64,000 nucleotides of DNA from Thermoplasmata archaeon (GTDB taxonomy: Archaea > Thermoplasmatota > Thermoplasmata > Halarchaeoplasmatales > Halarchaeoplasmataceae). The position numbers were made by a program, and so were the translations under genes. The stretch spans positions 2,224 through 66,223 of the forward strand of contig PWHR01000093.1 of assembly GCA_003554965.1 (NCBI GenBank), read 5' to 3'. Of the stretch, positions 55,849 to 64,000 are shown in pieces. The notes beneath the pieces are model-generated. The model worked only from the letters and a program-made list of their open reading frames with translations, was not told the origin of the DNA and ran no database searches. Within the stretch, counting starts at the first letter, position 1. Each line of letters begins with the position of its first letter.

Positions 55849-58050
55849 TTAAAAATCAGACAGAGATGTCTGGTTTTCTTCTTCTTTTTCTTCCTTGACC
55901 TGTTCAGTAACTTTTCCCTCTTCAGTGAATTCCTTTTCACTCAATCTTTCAGCTATCGTTTTTCCGATTCCTGGCAGTTTAGCTAATCTTTCGGGAGGAG
56001 CATTTCGCACTTCTTTCTTCTTCTTAAATCCCCCATCGTATAAGCTTCTAGCTCTTACCCTTCCCACCTGATCAATATCTGTCAAGATCAAGAGTTCCTC
56101 TTTGACACCATGTTTGACCCTTTCCGTGAGATAAGCTACCTTATCAGCTTTTTGAGGGTTGTAGAGCCTAGCTATCTCCGCGGCAGCATGCAAAAGCCAT
56201 TCAGCTGTTTCCACCTTGTTGTAGATATCCCCCGGTCCTACACTGTATTTCGCTGCTATCTCGTCTTCCGGTACTTCATTCATCCAGTCCTGTAGAAGTA
56301 AAGCAGTTTTCAAACCTCTCAAGTACTCTTCCAATTCACCTTTATCATGGGGCAGATCTTCAAAGAGATCCGGACGGAGAGATTCCGCTTTTTTCCTGTA
56401 CTTTCTGAGTTCGCTCTTTCCGGCAAAAAGGGTGTACATATCAGGAGTCAAACATATGGTATGGAGGTAGGAAACATCTAGTCCCATCTTGCCGCTTTCC
56501 ACCGCTCTCCTGATTTTAACCGCGGATACAGGATCGATATAGAGTTCTGATACTCTCTTACCGAAAGTAGTAGATTTCAGTAAATCTTTTTCTTCTTCGA
56601 TAAGTCCTTCTTCTTCAAGGAAGTTCAAAGCCTTTCTGACCCTATCTTTTATAGCCCATATATCGCTCTGCTGTGCGTAAAAAGTCTCCTCCATGAACTC
56701 GTATATTTCTTCTTCAAAGGTACAATGTTCTGTCGCTATTAGTGAGAGGAGATGGGTCCTTAGGGCCGTCTCAGTGACCATCCTCGAGACTATAGCTTCG
56801 CTTTCACTCATCAGATATTCATCCAAAAGCTGATCTACGGCCCTACGATTTTTGGCTATGAGGAGCGCCTCCCCGACGTCATCGTAACCAGGTCTTCCAG
56901 CCCTCCCCAACATCTGCTGGACCTCCATCACCGGTATGGGGGCGTTGTAACCCAGCAGGGAATCATACCTCCTACAGTCTCTGACCACTACTTTCCTCGC
57001 CGGCATATTGATCCCAGCTGCTAAAGTTGGAGTAGCGGTTATCAATTTGATCAAACGCTCTCTGAAAGCGTTCTCCACTTTTTTTCTCTGAAAGTTGCTC
57101 AACCCGGCGTTGTGAAAAGCTGTACCGGATCGCATCATCTTGGCTAAGTTCTCTCCCACGGACGTATTGCTTTCGTTCTCTATGGAGTCAGCTATCTCCT
57201 CAAGTTCCTTCTTCTCTTCCTCGCTTAGATTTTTCTTCACATCTCCCCTCAACCTCCTGCTCACCGCTTCTGTGGACTTTCTACTGTTCACGAAAACAAG
57301 GCACTGGTCTCCTTCCTCTATAGTCGGTAAACAGAGTGTTTTGACCGCATTTCCTCTTGGATCCAATTCTTCTTCCTTCAGGTCAGCGTACTTCACAATA
57401 GACTTTTCTTTTTCGAACACGCCCTTATTCAGCTCGACTGGTCGCCAATCGCTTTCGTGATGTTTTCCTTTCAACCATTCTGCGATGTCATCGGAATTCT
57501 GTATGGTCGCGGATAGAGCGATTATCTGCGCTTCCGGATTGACCTGTTTGAGTTTTGAGAGGGTCACTTCCAACGTGGCGCCTCTCTCTCTATCGTTTAC
57601 AAGGTGAACTTCATCGGCCACTACGCAGTTCAACTCAGAAAGCCAATCCACGTTGTGTCTTAAGAGAGAATCAGCCTTTTCAGAGGTGGCCACTATGACG
57701 TCGTATTCTCTGAGAGAGGGGTCAGGTGCATCGTAGTCCCCCATCGAGATGCCGATATCCAATCCTAACTTCTCGAATTCCTTTAAATCTTCAGCTTTTT
57801 CAGAAGCTAGAGCTCTTAGAGGCACTATATATAGGGCCTTGCCACTTTCCTCCATCACTTTCTTGATGATTGCAAGATAGGCAAGAAGAGATTTACCGCT
57901 AGCTGTAGGATAGGCGAAAACACAGTTACTTCCTGCTAAAACATCCTCTACACCTTTCTCCTGTGGAGGATATAACTCCTCGATACCTTGGTCCTTTAAC
58001 ACCCTTTTCGCTTTTGAAGGTACATCTAAATCATCTATATTCATCTTCAA
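55849..58050 (-). CDS. hel308: Hel308 (Hjm / Ski2-like) DNA helicase
   Basis: PTASGKS Walker A, ADEVH box, TPTLAAGINMPAR, C-terminal wHTH/HhH domain. About 730 aa. Confidence 0.85.
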   Translation of the reverse strand: MKMNIDDLDVPSKAKRVLKDQGIEELYPPQEKGVEDVLAGSNCVFAYPTASGKSLLAYLAIIKKVMEESGKALYIVPLRALASEKAEDLKEFEKLGLDIGISMGDYDAPDPSLREYDVIVATSEKADSLLRHNVDWLSELNCVVADEVHLVNDRERGATLEVTLSKLKQVNPEAQIIALSATIQNSDDIAEWLKGKHHESDWRPVELNKGVFEKEKSIVKYADLKEEELDPRGNAVKTLCLPTIEEGDQCLVFVNSRKSTEAVSRRLRGDVKKNLSEEEKKELEEIADSIENESNTSVGENLAKMMRSGTAFHNAGLSNFQRKKVENAFRERLIKLITATPTLAAGINMPARKVVVRDCRRYDSLLGYNAPIPVMEVQQMLGRAGRPGYDDVGEALLIAKNRRAVDQLLDEYLMSESEAIVSRMVTETALRTHLLSLIATEHCTFEEEIYEFMEETFYAQQSDIWAIKDRVRKALNFLEEEGLIEEEKDLLKSTTFGKRVSELYIDPVSAVKIRRAVESGKMGLDVSYLHTICLTPDMYTLFAGKSELRKYRKKAESLRPDLFEDLPHDKGELEEYLRGLKTALLLQDWMNEVPEDEIAAKYSVGPGDIYNKVETAEWLLHAAAEIARLYNPQKADKVAYLTERVKHGVKEELLILTDIDQVGRVRARSLYDGGFKKKKEVRNAPPERLAKLPGIGKTIAERLSEKEFTEEGKVTEQVKEEKEEENQTSLSDF

Positions 58051-58130
58051 TCTCTTCCTTCAAGATATCAGTACCTGCTTTCATATCTTTTAAAGAGTTT
58101 AAATATAACCTATTATTATACCTTTCCACT

Positions 58131-58547
58131 ATGCCACTATTGAATTCTTATCAAGCGGCTCTCGGTGGAGTGATCGTCATACTGATCTATGGTATCGTGG
58201 TGGAAAAATATTACGTGAGTCGATCAACCATATTTTCAAACATTTTATCATTCATACTTCTCTTAGCTTCTATAAGAATCTCACCGACCTTACTCGTAGC
58301 TTTGATAATATATCTCCTCATGGGAGTTCTCGTGATGAAGTATCATATAAAGATCCTCTTTCCAGCATTTGGTGCAAGAGCCTACGGATCTTTGGCACTT
58401 ATTCTACTTCTACAGGGGAGGGCTTTCATCCCGGGTTTAGAGGGTAGAGAACTGTACGAAGTGGTTATCCTTTTGGGTCTTCTATGGATCGTTTTCACTT
58501 CTTTTGTGCATTTAATAGGATACCTGTACGAAAAATCCGGATTCTGA
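58131..58547 (+). CDS. Small polytopic membrane protein
   Basis: The internal ATG at 58131 avoids overlap with hel308. Four hydrophobic helices. Confidence 0.4.
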   Translation: MPLLNSYQAALGGVIVILIYGIVVEKYYVSRSTIFSNILSFILLLASIRISPTLLVALIIYLLMGVLVMKYHIKILFPAFGARAYGSLALILLLQGRAFIPGLEGRELYEVVILLGLLWIVFTSFVHLIGYLYEKSGF

Positions 58548-58558
58548 GATCACTTGTA

Positions 58559-60028
58559 TCACATGTCTTTCCAATCCGTTACCTTGATCGCTGCGATCAG
58601 AAAAACCACGGTCAATGAACCTAGGACAATATAAGGTATGATAGCTCCTGAGAGGTTCTCGAGGATCATCAATTCTTGCAGTCCTTGATGGAAATAATAG
58701 AGAGGCAGTGCTCTAGCTACGGTTCTGAGGTATCCTGGGAACTGCTCTATCGGTACGAATGCTCCTGACAAGAACATCATGGGGAAAGCGATAGCATTTC
58801 CTATACCGCTGGCAGCTTCCACGTCTTTGATGAAACCGCCGAGCACCATACCGACAGAACAGAATGCCACAGCGCCTAAGAAGATCAAACCCAAACTGTA
58901 AATGCCCGGAACCGCCTGGACATCGAAGAGGATCCTAGAAAGGAGTATCATGACTCCTGTAAGTATGAAAGCCAATAGGGTCTGTTGGCCAACGTTTGCT
59001 AAGATCCAATCCTTTTTTTGGATCGGGGCTGCACTCAATCTTTTTAACACTCCATTTCTTTTATATTCAGTAGTGGTCGTGGTTACTGCTATTATACCAT
59101 TGGTCATTATGAATGCGGTTAATATTCCCGGTAAGTAATAATCAGCGGGCTGGAGTTCTTCATCTTCTGTAGTTTCTTCACCTACTTCGATAGTTGTGTC
59201 TTCGACACCGATCATCCGTGAATCAAAAGAATCTACGACTCCTCTAACCGTACCTTGAACCACTTGGCCCCCTTGATCCCCAGGGCTGGTGTAAACCACT
59301 ATCTTGGCGCTTTCCTTCTCTCTAAAGATGTGTAATTTGTTTTCCTCTTCATCCTCTTGTATGATGAATTTCTTTTCTTCGTCCTCTATCGTCCATGATC
59401 CATTTTCCTCGTATTTCATTTCAGCGTCATCGCTGATCGAGAAATTTTTCTCTTCAAAGGCACTTCTCATTTCCTCATGGATCTCTCCTTCGTTTAAATA
59501 ATCTGCATATTCGGATCTATTCAGATCAAAAAGATGTTCTTTTCCTAGGAACTGGCTCCACTCTTCTAAAGATTCCTTCCCTCTTTCAAATTCTTCTCGC
59601 TCCTCTTCTTCCATGTCTGATTCATTCTCCATCAGTAACATGGTTTCATGCATCACTCCCACTCTGATACTCATGCTTTTATTTTCGGCTCTTTCCTGGA
59701 ATCCTTCTTTTATCCTCAGGCCTCTATAACTACCAAAACCTTCTTCTTCCTCCCGATGTTCTGTTAAATTATCCACTTCATTGACATTCAGAGTCCCTGT
59801 ATCATCTAATGCCTTTATGAATGCCTCTGATAGTTCTGTTGGAATTCCATTCTCCTCGAAGTCCTCATTTTCGATGTGAATAGTATATTCTGCTGTTTCG
59901 CCCCCTCCGAAGACGGCGCTGAATATGATGAGAAGCATCACCGGAAACAATATGGAAAAGAAAACGCCCGATTTACTGCGCAGCCAATTTTTGGTCAATG
60001 AGATGAAGAGAGATATGCTCTTCTTCAT
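58559..60028 (-). CDS. ABC-2-type transporter permease with large extracytoplasmic N-domain
   Basis: N-terminal TM, an acidic extracellular domain, then six C-terminal TM helices. 4-nt overlap with the ATPase gene. Confidence 0.7.
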   Translation of the reverse strand: MKKSISLFISLTKNWLRSKSGVFFSILFPVMLLIIFSAVFGGGETAEYTIHIENEDFEENGIPTELSEAFIKALDDTGTLNVNEVDNLTEHREEEEGFGSYRGLRIKEGFQERAENKSMSIRVGVMHETMLLMENESDMEEEEREEFERGKESLEEWSQFLGKEHLFDLNRSEYADYLNEGEIHEEMRSAFEEKNFSISDDAEMKYEENGSWTIEDEEKKFIIQEDEEENKLHIFREKESAKIVVYTSPGDQGGQVVQGTVRGVVDSFDSRMIGVEDTTIEVGEETTEDEELQPADYYLPGILTAFIMTNGIIAVTTTTTEYKRNGVLKRLSAAPIQKKDWILANVGQQTLLAFILTGVMILLSRILFDVQAVPGIYSLGLIFLGAVAFCSVGMVLGGFIKDVEAASGIGNAIAFPMMFLSGAFVPIEQFPGYLRTVARALPLYYFHQGLQELMILENLSGAIIPYIVLGSLTVVFLIAAIKVTDWKDM

Positions 60029-60939
60029 ACCAATTCACCTTCCTCGTCTAATTTCCCTCCTGTCAATCTTATAAAGGCGTCCTCCATCCCTGCCTCCTTC
60101 ACTTCCACATCGCAGTCCATCTGGAATAAAGTAACTAGTGCTTTTCTCGCCCTTTTCTTGTTATCGAAAATACCGACGAGCTCCCCGGATTCATTTTTGA
60201 AAACTTCATCCGATTTTTCTTTAACAAGCTCGACAGCCTTTTCATCTTTTCTAACTACTACTTTGATCCCTCCACCATAATCTCTGATCAGATTCTCTAT
60301 GGAATCGATGACTTCTATTCTTCCATCGATAAGTACGGCAGCTCGGTCACTCAGTTCCTCCACCTCTTCCATGTAATGAGTGGTAAGAAAAACTGTTTTA
60401 CCAGTTCTTTTTAGTCTTTTGATCAACTTCCAAGTTTCTCTTCTAGCATGGGGGTCCAATCCAGTTGTAGGCTCATCTAAGAAGAGAAGGTCGGCGTTGG
60501 AGATCAAAGTCATTCCGATACCGACTTTGGTCTGCATACCTCCTGAAAGCTCAGAGAACTTCTTATCTTTAAAATCTGTAACTCCTACCATCTTCATTAC
60601 TTCTTCAACATTTTTACTTCCGTACAGGTCTGCCATCAACCGTATGTTTTCTTCGGCGCTCAACCTCTCAAAAGTGTTGAAGTTCTGAGGCATGACACCG
60701 ATCTTTTCTTTTATCCTGTCCTCGTCCTTCATCACATCGTGCCCCAATACTTCTGCGTTTCCCGATGTTGGTGTCCTTATACATTCTAATATCTCCACAG
60801 TTGTGGTCTTTCCAGCGCCGTTGGGCCCCACCATAGAGAAGATTTCCCCCTCTCTAACGCTGAAAGATATGTTATCTACGGCGGTAGTGCCGTCATATAA
60901 TTTAGTAAGACCCTCAACATCGATGACGTTATCGGACAT
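60025..60939 (-). CDS. ABC transporter ATP-binding protein
   Basis: GPNGAGKTT Walker A. LSGGMQTKVGIG signature. LLFLDEPTTGLD Walker B. Confidence 0.85.
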   Translation of the reverse strand: MSDNVIDVEGLTKLYDGTTAVDNISFSVREGEIFSMVGPNGAGKTTTVEILECIRTPTSGNAEVLGHDVMKDEDRIKEKIGVMPQNFNTFERLSAEENIRLMADLYGSKNVEEVMKMVGVTDFKDKKFSELSGGMQTKVGIGMTLISNADLLFLDEPTTGLDPHARRETWKLIKRLKRTGKTVFLTTHYMEEVEELSDRAAVLIDGRIEVIDSIENLIRDYGGGIKVVVRKDEKAVELVKEKSDEVFKNESGELVGIFDNKKRARKALVTLFQMDCDVEVKEAGMEDAFIRLTGGKLDEEGELV

Positions 60940-60994
60940 AAAAAAGTGAAAGAAAAACTAATCTAATAAGTTTTTCATACTGTTATTCAAAACG

Positions 60995-61804
60995 TTACTC
61001 TTCTATTTCTCTGGACCATACCATGTGATCCACAGGTTTCTCACCTTTCCCTATATCTAGTCCGTTCATTATAGCATCGTCGATAAATTTTTTCGCAGTT
61101 CTTACCGCCTCCATGATCGACTTTCCTTTAGCCAGGTTTGCCGCTATCGCAGAAGAAAAGGTGCAGCCTGTCCCGTGCTTGTGAGAGGTAAATTTTTCTC
61201 CATAGAGCCTATTGAATTCATTTCCATCGTAAAAAACATCCACCACTTTATCCTTTACTTCACCGGCTTTCACGATCACGTTACGAGCTCCCATCTCGAA
61301 CAGTTCTTCAGCCACCAGTTCCATGTCCTCTAGATCTTTTATCGTTTTTCTCGTTAACTCCTCCGCTTCTCTGATATTAGGCGTTAAAACAAGAGATCGG
61401 GGTACCATCTCTTCTCTGTACAGGTTAACCGCTTTTTCTTCTATCAAGCGATCGCCAGTTTTAGTGACCATGACCGGATCCACTACCACATCAAGATCGT
61501 ACTCCTCGATCTTCTGTGCTACAGTTTCGATTATATCTCCATTGGAAAGCATACCCGTTTTTACTATGTTCACTTTCATGTCGGTCAATACAGCATCGAT
61601 CTGCTTTGCTACCATATTAGAAGGGAGGTCGTGAACAGCGGTGACTCCTTCAGTATTTTGAGCAGTGACAGATGTGATAGAGACCGTACCATAAACATCG
61701 AAGGCACTGAAAGTCTTCAGATCCGCCTCTATCCCGGCTCCTCCTCCAGAATCAGAACCAGCAATCGTCAAGGCAACGGGTATCTTCTTCATGGATCTCC
61801 TCAA
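60995..61804 (-). CDS. thiD: Hydroxymethylpyrimidine/phosphomethylpyrimidine kinase
   Basis: [15 protein letters not shown]...KTGML...[15 protein letters not shown], ThiD/PdxK family. Confidence 0.8.
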   Translation of the reverse strand: MRRSMKKIPVALTIAGSDSGGGAGIEADLKTFSAFDVYGTVSITSVTAQNTEGVTAVHDLPSNMVAKQIDAVLTDMKVNIVKTGMLSNGDIIETVAQKIEEYDLDVVVDPVMVTKTGDRLIEEKAVNLYREEMVPRSLVLTPNIREAEELTRKTIKDLEDMELVAEELFEMGARNVIVKAGEVKDKVVDVFYDGNEFNRLYGEKFTSHKHGTGCTFSSAIAANLAKGKSIMEAVRTAKKFIDDAIMNGLDIGKGEKPVDHMVWSREIEE

Positions 61805-63168
61805 TCTTTTTTATGGAGCCGCCATCTTCCTATGTAAAGGTCGATATCGCCGTCATCTTTGACATCGAATCGCACTGAATTCTTTTCTCCGTTACCGTCG
61901 TAGTAGTAGAATTTGTAGTTATCAACCTCTTTATCTTCGGGTATAAGTATCACTTTTTGACTCTCCAATCGTTCCTTAACTGTCAGTTTTAGAAGAGTAG
62001 TTTCTTGCTCTATCTCCATCTTCTTGATGCCCCGATAGGATTCATAAGTCCCGGTAAGTTTGTCCATCCTTTTCTTTCTTTTGAAATAGGTGATCTCGTC
62101 TCCGTCCTCTCCTTTTACCGTCTTTATTATCCATTTAGCCACTTCTTCAAAAGAACTCCCTGGGATCGTATTGGCGGCGACCGCAACACCTAGATCATCT
62201 ACAAATCCGATGAAACCGCCGCTCACCGCTATGGAGCCGCTGTGCCCTATGAACTTTTCACCTTCGAAATCTTTGACAGCCCAGCCGTAACCGTAATCTC
62301 CAGTCTCCCTCTTTACGTGTGTTTCATGGGCTTTTTCCAGCAATTCTTGCTCGATCACCTGTTTTCCTTTGAATTCGCCTTCGTTCATATTCATCATCAG
62401 GTAGTTCGCGAGTTCATTTACGGAGCTCAATAGCCCGCCGCCTGGATGTCCTATCTCCCTCAACGGATATGGGGTTTTCTCGGGTCCATCTTCACCCATG
62501 AAGTAGGGGGTCATTATATCCCCTTCTTCCTCATCATAATCGAATCTAGATCTTTCCATGTTCAGAGGATCGAATATCTCATCATTTACAAAGTCAGGAT
62601 AGGTCTTTCCGCTAACTTCTTCGATGATCTGGCCCAGTAGTGCATAACCCGAGTTGAAGTAGAAGAACTCCTCTCCGGGTTCAGCCGCTATCTCTTCTTT
62701 TGCGCTGTTCAGATGAATATAAAAATCATCTAGGTCGCTTAAAGGCAAACCTCTCTCTTCCATCTCTATCAGTCTATCGATCAGTGCTTCGCTAACGCCC
62801 AATGAAGGCATGCCGGAGGAGTGTGTTAAAAGATCATGTATGGTAACATCGTTCTCCCACTCGATAGGCACGTAATCAGACGCTAAGTCTTCTAGTCTCA
62901 AATCACCTCTCTCGACCAGTTTAAGGATCGCTAAACCAGTAAAAGATTTGGTAACGGAAGCCATCCCATATAGAGTATCCGACGTTGCAGGGGTATTATT
63001 TTTCAGGTCTCGAGCACCGAAACCTTTAGAGTAGATTATTTCATCACCATCAACTATCGAGACGCTCATACCAGGTACTTTGTTCTCGGTCATCCAATCG
63101 GCTATAAAATCTTCTATCTTTTTTCTGACCTCCGGAGATACTTTCTCGTTCATATCAATACACCTCAC
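61801..63168 (-). CDS. Serine hydrolase of the beta-lactamase/PBP (class C-like) family with C-terminal extension
   Basis: SVTKSFTG (S-x-x-K) active-site motif. About 450 aa. Confidence 0.7.
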   Translation of the reverse strand: MRCIDMNEKVSPEVRKKIEDFIADWMTENKVPGMSVSIVDGDEIIYSKGFGARDLKNNTPATSDTLYGMASVTKSFTGLAILKLVERGDLRLEDLASDYVPIEWENDVTIHDLLTHSSGMPSLGVSEALIDRLIEMEERGLPLSDLDDFYIHLNSAKEEIAAEPGEEFFYFNSGYALLGQIIEEVSGKTYPDFVNDEIFDPLNMERSRFDYDEEEGDIMTPYFMGEDGPEKTPYPLREIGHPGGGLLSSVNELANYLMMNMNEGEFKGKQVIEQELLEKAHETHVKRETGDYGYGWAVKDFEGEKFIGHSGSIAVSGGFIGFVDDLGVAVAANTIPGSSFEEVAKWIIKTVKGEDGDEITYFKRKKRMDKLTGTYESYRGIKKMEIEQETTLLKLTVKERLESQKVILIPEDKEVDNYKFYYYDGNGEKNSVRFDVKDDGDIDLYIGRWRLHKKD

Positions 63169-63256
63169 TCTAAATTTGTAAAAAGATGAAAGTAAATAGT
63201 TTTTCGGTTAGTTAGTGCCGCAAAGATTATTACGGCATTATGTTATGTTTTCATAG

Positions 63257-63511
63257 ATGGAAGAAGGTGTTAAAATGGCAAGCTCAAAAAAAATAGATGT
63301 TCTAGGAGAGACGTGTCCCGTTCCTCTAGTTGAAACTAGAAAAGCTATAAGGAAATGCTCTCCCGGAGATATTATCGAGGTCGTAGGGAATCATCCCGAA
63401 TCTAAAAAGGAGATTCCGATGGCAGTGGAAGAATTAGGTTTAGAACTTCTAGATGTAAAAGAAAAGAACGATCAGTGGAGGATAAAGATAAAGATACCGG
63501 AGGATGATTGA
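63257..63511 (+). CDS. TusA-like sulfurtransferase
   Basis: GETCPVPL Cys-Pro-x-Pro motif. About 80 aa. Confidence 0.7.
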   Translation: MEEGVKMASSKKIDVLGETCPVPLVETRKAIRKCSPGDIIEVVGNHPESKKEIPMAVEELGLELLDVKEKNDQWRIKIKIPEDD

Positions 63512-63938
63512 TGTGGGGGAAAATGAAAAAGCCACGATAATCGTGCATAGCGGGGAGTTCGACAAGGTTTACAGCGCCCTGATAGTCGGAAATGGTGCCC
63601 TCTCCATGGGCATGGATGTCTCTATGTACTTCACCTTTTGGGGCTTGGAGAGGTTGAAAAAGAACGAACTCGACAAGGGCCCACTCTCAAGGATGAACTT
63701 TTTGGGGTTGGGGAAGTGGATCATGAAGAGGAAGCTGAAGAGATCCAACGTAAGGGAGATGGACGCGCTTATAGACGATTTTAACGAGTTGGGAGGAAAG
63801 ATATTGGCTTGCGATATGACCATGGATATCATGGGGGTAGACAAAGAAGATTTAAGAGAAGATGTTATAACGGATTATTGTGCGGTAGGAACTTATGTTA
63901 AAGAAGCTAAAGAATCTGATGTAACTTTGTTTATATAG
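63504..63938 (+). CDS. DsrE/DsrF-like (YchN-fold) protein
   Basis: About 145 aa. IIVHSGEFDKVYSALIVGNGA...ILACDMTMD pattern. 8-nt overlap with tusA-like. Confidence 0.55.
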   Translation: MIDVGENEKATIIVHSGEFDKVYSALIVGNGALSMGMDVSMYFTFWGLERLKKNELDKGPLSRMNFLGLGKWIMKRKLKRSNVREMDALIDDFNELGGKILACDMTMDIMGVDKEDLREDVITDYCAVGTYVKEAKESDVTLFI

Positions 63939-64000
63939 GTGATAATATGCAGATGCATGAAGAAAGAATATATCTAGATAATTCGGCCAGCACTAGAGTG

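Noticed and set aside
57963-58130. Upstream extension of the small membrane ORF
   Set aside because: It overlaps the hel308 5' coding region on the opposite strand. The internal ATG at 58131 gives a clean signal-anchor start.
63169-63256. Possible TPP riboswitch upstream of the beta-lactamase-thiD operon
   Set aside because: Only a 6-bp hairpin (GTGCCG…CGGCAT) is present. There is no CUGAGA/ACCUGAUCUGG riboswitch core.
1-64000. CRISPR arrays, IS elements/transposases, rRNA
   Set aside because: No direct-repeat arrays, and no DDE/HUH transposase or integrase motifs in any frame. No rRNA-like GC-rich tracts.
1-64000. Halophilic (Nanohaloarchaeota-like) origin suggested by very acidic proteins
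   Set aside because: The proteins are simultaneously Lys-rich (for example nadC, the tail of ORF202), unlike salt-in halophiles. Acidity is concentrated in surface proteins.

Overview
This 64 kb window is a gene-dense, low-GC (~40%, by eye) archaeal chromosomal segment with about 60 protein genes and 3 tRNAs. I saw no rRNA, CRISPR array, transposase or IS element.

The archaeal assignment rests on several markers: a class I LysRS, NAC-alpha, Hel308, an XPD-like helicase, a proteasome-alpha-like gene, a Dph6-like (diphthamide-pathway) gene, digeranylgeranylglycerophospholipid reductase, and a tRNA-Ala with an intron at position 37/38. The encoded proteins are rich in both Lys and Glu, so this is not a salt-in halophile.

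Most of the window is ordinary core metabolism: nadC, the glycine-cleavage H, T and L components plus SHMT, TldD/PmbA, prs, cysK, thiD, UDP-glucose dehydrogenase, family 4 UDG, MscS and an ABC transporter.

Five regions stand out as candidates for undescribed biology:
1. Genes at 1448-3103: a protein whose AAA+ module is unmistakably DnaA-type (DnaA-specific lid motif LEGALNRVIA). It lacks DnaA domain IV and instead ends in a DUF835/KaiC-like domain. This is a bacterial-initiator ATPase module in an archaeon.
2. A tRNA-flanked surface locus at 21.1-29.1 kb: a CARDB-domain protein, two small proteins with class-III (type IV pilin-like) signal motifs, and a 1813-aa extremely acidic giant protein that itself has a class-III-like N-terminus. 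The giant gene is co-transcribed with a small membrane protein.
3. A translationally coupled operon at 40.1-43.1 kb: GGR, a 2x[4Fe-4S] ferredoxin and a Tes-like radical-SAM enzyme. A 1106-aa RND/MMPL transporter and a TrmB regulator lie immediately downstream. This looks like a lipid saturation, tetraether synthesis and export module.
4. A CopG-type ribbon-helix-helix domain fused in frame to a proteasome alpha-subunit core (52182-52895). It sits next to a VapBC pair, an AAA ATPase and tRNA-Ile.
5. A protein with four CBS domains and a C-terminal segment resembling the bacterial ribosome hibernation factor (HPF/S30AE) fold.

Two smaller points:
- A coupled MTA-deaminase / MTI-phosphorylase / purine-PRTase salvage operon.
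- A 30-nt promoter-like element shared by tRNA-Gly and an aminopeptidase gene.

Every call comes from reading motifs in the provided translations. No database searches were run.
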